Source: Candidatus Scalinduaceae bacterium (GTDB lineage Bacteria > Planctomycetota > Brocadiia > Brocadiales > Scalinduaceae). Taken from it: DNA of 21,718 nucleotides. A program made the position numbers and the translations under genes. Below the pieces are notes generated by a model. That model did no database searches. It was given only the letters and a program-made list of their open reading frames with translations, and was not told the origin of the DNA. This document shows, piece by piece, positions 16,165 through 21,718 of the stretch; position 1 is the first letter of the stretch, and each line of letters opens with the position of its first letter. The stretch lies in assembly GCA_046759445.1 (NCBI GenBank), contig JBHICG010000060.1:1-21718 (forward strand). Direction: 5' to 3'.

Positions 16165-16548
16165 TTATTTTCCAGAATTAACGGGTATTAACAATACATG
16201 AGCAATGGCATAATCTTTACAATGCGACAAGGAGATTGTTATCTCTCCAATGTCTTTCTCCATCGCCAATTCTTTTGCCCTGCCATACAAGTTTACATAG
16301 GGTTTTCCTGATTTTGCGTTTAATGTTTCTACATCGGTCCACTTCATCCTATCGCTAAAGCCAGTTCCTAATGCCTTTAGTACCGCTTCTTTTGAGGCAA
16401 AACGTGCAGCATAATGCTGAAAACAGTTTCTTTTGGATTGACAATATTTTATCTCTCCCTCGGTATAAACACGCTTAACAAAGTTTTTATGTGCAAGGAC
16501 AATTTTTTCAATCCTTTTAACTTCAATAATATCGATACCCGTATACAT
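16165..16548 (-). CDS. acpS: Holo-[ACP] synthase
   Basis: GIDIIEV, RFASKEAVLKALGTG, GKP and ISLSH motifs. Confidence 0.95.
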   Translation of the reverse strand: MYTGIDIIEVKRIEKIVLAHKNFVKRVYTEGEIKYCQSKRNCFQHYAARFASKEAVLKALGTGFSDRMKWTDVETLNAKSGKPYVNLYGRAKELAMEKDIGEITISLSHCKDYAIAHVLLIPVNSGK

Positions 16549-16843
16549 ATAAGCTCAATTACATATCTTTTATAACAAATAAGGTAGCTATTCTAAAATA
16601 GTTAATACGGCAGGAACGCTTATAAAATTGCTTTGCATAAGAATTGAGTTTCTTTTATTATCTGACGATTTATGGTGTGTAATAAAATAACCTTTAACCT
16701 TTCTCATGGTTGAAGTATGCGTAATCACTTGTCAAAAACATGGATTTTAACTTAATTTATACATATCCTTAACCATAATGTAAAGGATTTTACATCGTCA
16801 CACTAATAATTGTCAACGATAATTTCGAGTTGAAAAAAGGCTA

Positions 16844-18184
16844 ATGGAGTTAACAAAAAAGAATTTAAATAAAAACATAATCCACTTAGCCATCCCCGCT
16901 GTATTAGAAAACCTCTTACACATGGCCGTCTTCATAGTAGACATAATCATGATAGGTAGATTAGGCACTGTCCCTATCGCTGCCGTTGGATTAGCAGGCG
17001 CATTAAACTTCATTATTTCAATGATATTTTCGGCACTTAATGTAGGAACAACAGCGCTTGTCGCAAGGAATTTTGGCGCTAAAGAAAAGGCCGAAGCTAA
17101 AAAGGTGGCTGGACAATCTATACTTTTAGCAATTATTTTGGGTCTTATAATAAGTCCTTTAGCATTTTACTTCGCCAGTGACATGCTAATCTTAATGAGC
17201 GCAGAGAATAATGTTGCCACAATGGGCGCTACCTATCTCAAAATAGTCTTAAGTTTTCTCATACTACGGTTGATAATCTTAACTGGTAGTTCAATATTCA
17301 GAGGTGCAGGTGATACCCGGACACCAATGCTGATTACACTTGTCACAAACTGTGTAAATATTTTATTCAATTGGCTTCTCATATTCGGGATATGGTTTTT
17401 CCCACGGATGGAGGTGGCTGGAGCTGCATGGGCCACATCAATTGCATATACATCAGGTGGATTATTAATCTTATACAGGCTTTTCAATAAAAGAAGTATT
17501 TTGACAATAAGATTAAAGAATATCTTTGATATCAATATATCCATAATTCAAAGGATACTAAGAATCTCTTTGCCTGCCACACTGGATGCATTTTTAACTC
17601 AGATTGGTTACCTTTTCTTTATTAAGATAGTTGCAATGCTTGGGACTGTTTCACTTGCCGCCCACCAAATTGCTGTCAGGATAGAGGCTCTGTCATTTAT
17701 GCCAGGTTATGCATTAGCAATAGCATCGGCCACACTTGTGGGACAAAGCCTTGGCGCAAAAGAAATCGACCTTGCGAGGTTGAGTATGAAGAGAAATTGT
17801 CAAATAGCCTTAGTAATAATGGGATTTTTTGCTTTTATATTTCTAACGTTTGCAAAACCCATGGCAAAGGTATTTCATCCAGAGAATGATGTCTTAGACC
17901 TTAGTGTGCTTTGCATAATGATTGCCGCTATTGAGCAACCAGCATTGGCAATTTACATGGTATACGCGGGTGGTTTGCGTGGAGCAGGAGACACTTTAAG
18001 CCCTATGATTATCACGATAGTAGGCACATTATGTTTTCACTTACCAATTGCTTACATCTTCGGTATTGTGTTAGAATGGGGTCTTGCTGGAATCTGGTTT
18101 GGCGTAGCGCTCGATTGGATTCTCCGCTCCATTGCCGTATATATTCTTTTTAGATTAGGAAGGTGGAGGAACTTAAAGGTATGA
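16844..18184 (+). CDS. MATE family efflux transporter
   Basis: About 12 TM segments; RGAGDTRTP and RGAGDTLSP repeats, NILFNWLLI, VAGAAWAT, and LVGQSLGA. Confidence 0.93.
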   Translation: MELTKKNLNKNIIHLAIPAVLENLLHMAVFIVDIIMIGRLGTVPIAAVGLAGALNFIISMIFSALNVGTTALVARNFGAKEKAEAKKVAGQSILLAIILGLIISPLAFYFASDMLILMSAENNVATMGATYLKIVLSFLILRLIILTGSSIFRGAGDTRTPMLITLVTNCVNILFNWLLIFGIWFFPRMEVAGAAWATSIAYTSGGLLILYRLFNKRSILTIRLKNIFDINISIIQRILRISLPATLDAFLTQIGYLFFIKIVAMLGTVSLAAHQIAVRIEALSFMPGYALAIASATLVGQSLGAKEIDLARLSMKRNCQIALVIMGFFAFIFLTFAKPMAKVFHPENDVLDLSVLCIMIAAIEQPALAIYMVYAGGLRGAGDTLSPMIITIVGTLCFHLPIAYIFGIVLEWGLAGIWFGVALDWILRSIAVYILFRLGRWRNLKV

Positions 18185-18939
18185 AAGTTACTTTTCTTGG
18201 CACGGGAACATCATATGGAGTGCCAATGATAGGTTGCAAATGTAATGTTTGTACGTCTGACAATCCGAAAAATTTTAGAACCCGCTCATCAATCCTTATA
18301 CAAGAGAAAGAATATTGTATACTTATAGATGCATCCACGGAATTACGCATTCAGTGCTTGAAAAATAGAGTAAACAAGGTAAACGCGGTATTACTAACAC
18401 ACTCACATGCCGACCATGTCTTGGGATTAGATGACTTGAGACATTTCAATAGAAATCAGAAAATAAACATTCCCGTATATGGGTCCAAGGATACAGTAAA
18501 TAATATATACCATATGTTTTCATATGTATTTAAGGAAACATCTTCAAATGGCAACAAGCCAAAATTCACTCTTAAACCCATTGATGGGATATTTAATCTC
18601 TTTGGTTTGGAAATAATCCCTATTGACGTAATGCACGGGCAGGAAAAAGTTACTGCCTACAGATTTGAAAATTTTGCCTATGTCACTGATGTAAGTCTAA
18701 TTCCGTCTGACTCTATGGATAAGCTAAAAGGTCTAGATTTACTTATTCTTGATGCCCTAAGAAATGTGCCGCATGAAAAACACTTTAGTATTGAACAGGC
18801 GATAGATATAGTAAATAAGCTAAAACCAGAGCAAGCATTTTTTACACACATAGCACATGACTTAGAACACGAAAATACAAATAATATGTTACCAGTTGGA
18901 ATCAAATTAGCATATGATGGACTGATAGTTAAGGTATAG
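18181..18939 (+). CDS. PhnP-like metallo-beta-lactamase-fold phosphodiesterase
   Basis: FLGTGTSYGVP..GCKC..C, THSHADH, YVTD, HFS and THIAH motifs. ATG 18181 overlaps the MATE stop codon (ATGA). Confidence 0.9.
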   Translation: MKVTFLGTGTSYGVPMIGCKCNVCTSDNPKNFRTRSSILIQEKEYCILIDASTELRIQCLKNRVNKVNAVLLTHSHADHVLGLDDLRHFNRNQKINIPVYGSKDTVNNIYHMFSYVFKETSSNGNKPKFTLKPIDGIFNLFGLEIIPIDVMHGQEKVTAYRFENFAYVTDVSLIPSDSMDKLKGLDLLILDALRNVPHEKHFSIEQAIDIVNKLKPEQAFFTHIAHDLEHENTNNMLPVGIKLAYDGLIVKV

Positions 18940-19000
18940 TGTAAAAAAAAATTAAGAATAAGATTATAACTCTTTATTTTCAAAACAGTTGCTAAAAATA

Positions 19001-19029
19001 TTGACAAACATATAGCCTTTTGATAGTAT
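19001..19029 (+). promoter_or_regulatory. sigma70 promoter of the lipoprotein gene
   Basis: TTGACA (19001-19006), 17-nt spacer, extended -10 TGaTAGTAT (19021-19029); AGGAGGAG SD at 19101-19108. Confidence 0.7.
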
Positions 19030-19113
19030 TAAATAGGAACAAAATAAAAAAAGAAATTGTTTAAAAATACGTTATTAATAAAAATTTGTTAATATTAATC
19101 AGGAGGAGAAAAA

Positions 19114-19611
19114 ATGCGAAACAAAACAATTATTACGGTTATGTGTGTAGCGATTATTTCGTTTCTTGCTGCTGGCTGTTTAACAACCACGCAAAAAGGC
19201 GCAGCGGTTGGAACGGGCGCTGGAGCTGCTCTCGGCGCAGGTGTAGGTGCCTTAACGGGTGATCCTGCCATGGGTGCTGCAATCGGTGCAGGAGCAGGCG
19301 CACTGGGTGGCGCATTAGTGGGTGACCATTTGGACAAAAAAAGGGAACAGAGAGAAAAGGCAGAGATGCAAAGACAACTTGAGATGGAAAGACAATCTGG
19401 CTCTGGTCAAGGGAAAAACCTCATTGAGGGCCATTATGAATTTGTAAAGAAAAGAAAATGGGTTGATACCTCAAAAAAAGAGAGAGTATGGGTTGCTGAG
19501 CGTTTTGAAGGTAACAAGAGAATAGAGGGACACTATGAAGAAAGGCTTGTACCCTCAGGACATTGGCAGGAATACGAAGAAAAGACATGGATTCCCGAAC
19601 ATTACGAATGA
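19114..19611 (+). CDS. Glycine-zipper lipoprotein with C-terminal GH(Y/W)/WV beta-repeats
   Basis: Lipobox LAAGC, GxxxG zipper (GAAVGTGAGAALGAGVG...GAAIGAGAGALGG), and repeats EGHYE, EGHYE, SGHWQ, PEHYE. Confidence 0.85.
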   Translation: MRNKTIITVMCVAIISFLAAGCLTTTQKGAAVGTGAGAALGAGVGALTGDPAMGAAIGAGAGALGGALVGDHLDKKREQREKAEMQRQLEMERQSGSGQGKNLIEGHYEFVKKRKWVDTSKKERVWVAERFEGNKRIEGHYEERLVPSGHWQEYEEKTWIPEHYE

Positions 19612-19621
19612 TGCATTAAGT

Positions 19622-19736
19622 GGGTATTTTCTTAACTCAAGTGAATATAATGTCTTGCGTTTCATAAACTTTTTTTGTAAAAAACTTTAGATATAAGAAG
19701 AGACTAATTGTAATTACTTGAGATAAGGAAATACCC
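19622..19736. repeat. Long imperfect inverted repeat (115-nt rod-like hairpin)
   Basis: gggtattttcttaactcaagt (19622-19642) matches the reverse complement of 19716-19736 at 19/21, with weaker pairing inward. Confidence 0.7.
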
Positions 19737-20038
19737 GGTTATACAAAGAAATAGTTAGCAGATTTTTTTTTAATACTTCTCCAAGCGTCACTCCACTTTC
19801 GAATAAACAACTCAAAATAATATTACATCCCTAAATAGTATGTAAACTATTTGTTTTAAAATTTCACGAAAAAAGATAAAATAAATGAAGAAGAGCATTG
19901 CCTGACTATAGATGTTGTGAGAAAGAATAATATGTTTAAGAATAATTTTATATAAGTTCTTTTTCGCTATGTATTTTTACTGAAGTACTCACTCTTTAGG
20001 ACAAGTTTGCCAATATATGTAAACTTCACAGGAAAAAA

Positions 20039-21718
20039 ATGAAAACTAATAAAACAGAAGAAGATATGAAATATCAGAGTTCTTCTAAAGACCAAATTGA
20101 AGAAAAGCTTGAGAAGATACGTTTCAGGCACAATCTTTTCAAATGCGAAAATACGTATCTTACACTCCTTACAATTGGGCTGGCGATAGCTCTAATTACC
20201 CTTATCGTCCAAAAATTCATTTACGTCCCTTCTTATGTATATGTTATTTTGGCATCATTGTTCTCTGTCTATTTCTTTATTAGTTTAATAACAAGTATTA
20301 AACATTGGACTGGAAAAGCAGAGGCGGCAAGTTTATTAGACAACAAGATGCATTTTAAAGAGCGTCTTGTTACTGGCTTAGAATACGCTGGACAAAAAGA
20401 AAAGAACAAACTTTTTAATATACTCGTAGATGATATTACAAACAAGCTTGACAATAAAAATATAAAAACAACCCTCCCTCATAAATACCCAAAAGTAACT
20501 AAATTTTTTATTCCGATATCAATACTACTCTTAATTCTCTTACTCCTTCCTTATATTTACCCTGAAAAATCAGAGCAAATAGTCACAAATATAAAAGAAT
20601 CTGTTATTAAGGCCCCTGGTGTAATAAATAATAGCCTGAGAAAGTTTTCTAAGACAGAAACTAAAGAAAAGAATGAAAATGTAGTCAAAAAAAAGGATAA
20701 GCTAAAACGGGAAGAAGAGACTAAAAAACTTCAGCAAGAACAGGAAAATAAGAAATTAGCAGAAACAAAGACCGAGAAATCCAAAAAAGAACAAGAAAAA
20801 ACTGAACAAAAACAATTACATGCACAGTCTCCTAAGGCTTCAGAAAAAGAACAACAAGAGCAAAAGGTAACCAATCCATTAAAAAACGAAATCTCAAAGT
20901 TGTTGAGTAAAATTAATTCTACATTAAACAAACTTGAAAATAGGGGGAAATCTGAAGAAACAACTAAGGATGAAAAATCCAAACTTTCTGGCACTGAGAC
21001 ACTAAAGAGCCAGAATAAGGAAGAAGAATCACAACAAATAGCAAAAACAAACAAACAACAATCAGAAGCCAAAGAAAAAGAACCTACAAAAACGGCGCAA
21101 GCGCCAACCTCGACTAAGGAGGCTTCTGAACAAAAGCCGACTGAAGGTCAAGAAGAAAAACAACAGCCTAAAATACCCGAATCTAAACTATTACAAAAGC
21201 TTGCACAGAATATTATGTCTCAGAAGGACTTAGAAAAATATTCTCAACAAAATTTTCCACTAGGAGGAAATGAACAAGGCCAATCTAGTTCTTCAATTAG
21301 TGGAGGATTAAGCCCTGGTACAGAAACAGGCTCAGAGCAGAAAAGTACAGGGTCTGAAACAAGTACCGAACAAAATGTTGCCGGTAAGGTACAAGGTCAG
21401 GAACAAAAAGGTACTGGCACTGGATCAGGTACTGAACAGAAGGGTACTGGTAAGAAATCCGGTGAAGAGCAGAAAGGTGCTGGTAAGAAACCGGGTCAAG
21501 AACAAAAAGGCGCTGGTACTGGATCAGGTACTCAGCAAAAGGGTACTGGTAAGGAATCCGGTGAAGAACAGAAAGTAGCCGGTAAGGAACCTGGTAATGA
21601 GCAAAAAGGTGCTGGTAAGGAATCCGGTGAAGAACAGAAAGTAGCCGGTAAGAAACCGGGTAATGAGCAAAAAGGCGCTGGTACCGGATCAGGTACTCAG
21701 CAAAAGGGTACTGGTAAG
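20039..21718 (+). CDS. Large membrane-anchored protein, 3 N-terminal TMs, charged coiled-coil and 11-aa repeat region (3'-partial; absent from ORF track)
   Basis: ATG 20039 with AGGA SD; the frame is open to the window end by manual translation. Two TMs, then AASLLDNKMHFKERLVTGLEY (DUF4175-like A..D....ERL.T..E pattern), a third TM, and a K/E/Q-rich region. Confidence 0.85.
   Translation, partial: MKTNKTEEDMKYQSSSKDQIEEKLEKIRFRHNLFKCENTYLTLLTIGLAIALITLIVQKFIYVPSYVYVILASLFSVYFFISLITSIKHWTGKAEAASLLDNKMHFKERLVTGLEYAGQKEKNKLFNILVDDITNKLDNKNIKTTLPHKYPKVTKFFIPISILLLILLLLPYIYPEKSEQIVTNIKESVIKAPGVINNSLRKFSKTETKEKNENVVKKKDKLKREEETKKLQQEQENKKLAETKTEKSKKEQEKTEQKQLHAQSPKASEKEQQEQKVTNPLKNEISKLLSKINSTLNKLENRGKSEETTKDEKSKLSGTETLKSQNKEEESQQIAKTNKQQSEAKEKEPTKTAQAPTSTKEASEQKPTEGQEEKQQPKIPESKLLQKLAQNIMSQKDLEKYSQQNFPLGGNEQGQSSSSISGGLSPGTETGSEQKSTGSETSTEQNVAGKVQGQEQKGTGTGSGTEQKGTGKKSGEEQKGAGKKPGQEQKGAGTGSGTQQKGTGKESGEEQKVAGKEPGNEQKGAGKESGEEQKVAGKKPGNEQKGAGTGSGTQQKGTGK
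21335..21718 (+). repeat. 33-bp (11-aa) coding tandem repeat, more than 11 units
   Basis: Units include EQKSTGSETST, EQNVAGKVQGQ, EQKGTGTGSGT, EQKGTGKKSGE, EQKGAGKKPGQ, EQKGAGTGSGT, QQKGTGKESGE and EQKVAGKEPGN. Confidence 0.92.

Noticed and set aside
94..21578. Numerous short antisense or overlapping ORFs in the track (e.g. 1782..2186, 3796..4149, 8166..8678, 10014..10517, 20731..21072, 21375..21578)
   Set aside because: They are shadows or alternative frames of well-supported genes, with no recognisable motifs.
21335..21718. 33-bp periodic repeats as a CRISPR array
   Set aside because: The units are contiguous, degenerate at codon level and in frame, with no unique spacers and no cas genes.

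Overview
AT-rich bacterial chromosomal window, most likely from an anammox planctomycete (Candidatus Brocadiia, Scalindua-like). This taxonomy is inferred from gene content, not proven. The core is a minus-strand lipid/acyl-chain gene run: acpS, a B12-binding radical SAM enzyme, an active FabF-type ketosynthase coupled to a catalytically dead chain-length-factor-like paralogue, a FadH-like flavin/Fe-S reductase, a crotonase, fabG and a muconolactone-isomerase-fold protein. It resembles the candidate ladderane biosynthesis clusters of anammox bacteria. Many small elements are layered on top: (i) a Y1/HUH (RAYT-like) transposase with a DnaA-like C-terminal HTH, bounded by perfect 24-bp terminal inverted repeats, abutting a truncated reverse transcriptase; (ii) a GIY-YIG nuclease and a GxxExxY nuclease, each bracketed by its own family of inverted repeats, with gene-less relatives in other spacers; (iii) a MITE with TIRs and a target-site duplication that carries a GTAG REP pair. 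Also present are a partial multiheme cytochrome c, a frameshifted HMGL-like aldolase, a candidate attenuator-like structured leader RNA, two metallo-beta-lactamase-fold genes, a MATE transporter, a glycine-zipper lipoprotein and a large membrane-anchored protein with 11-aa repeats that runs off the window and is missing from the ORF track. No rRNA, tRNA or CRISPR array was seen.
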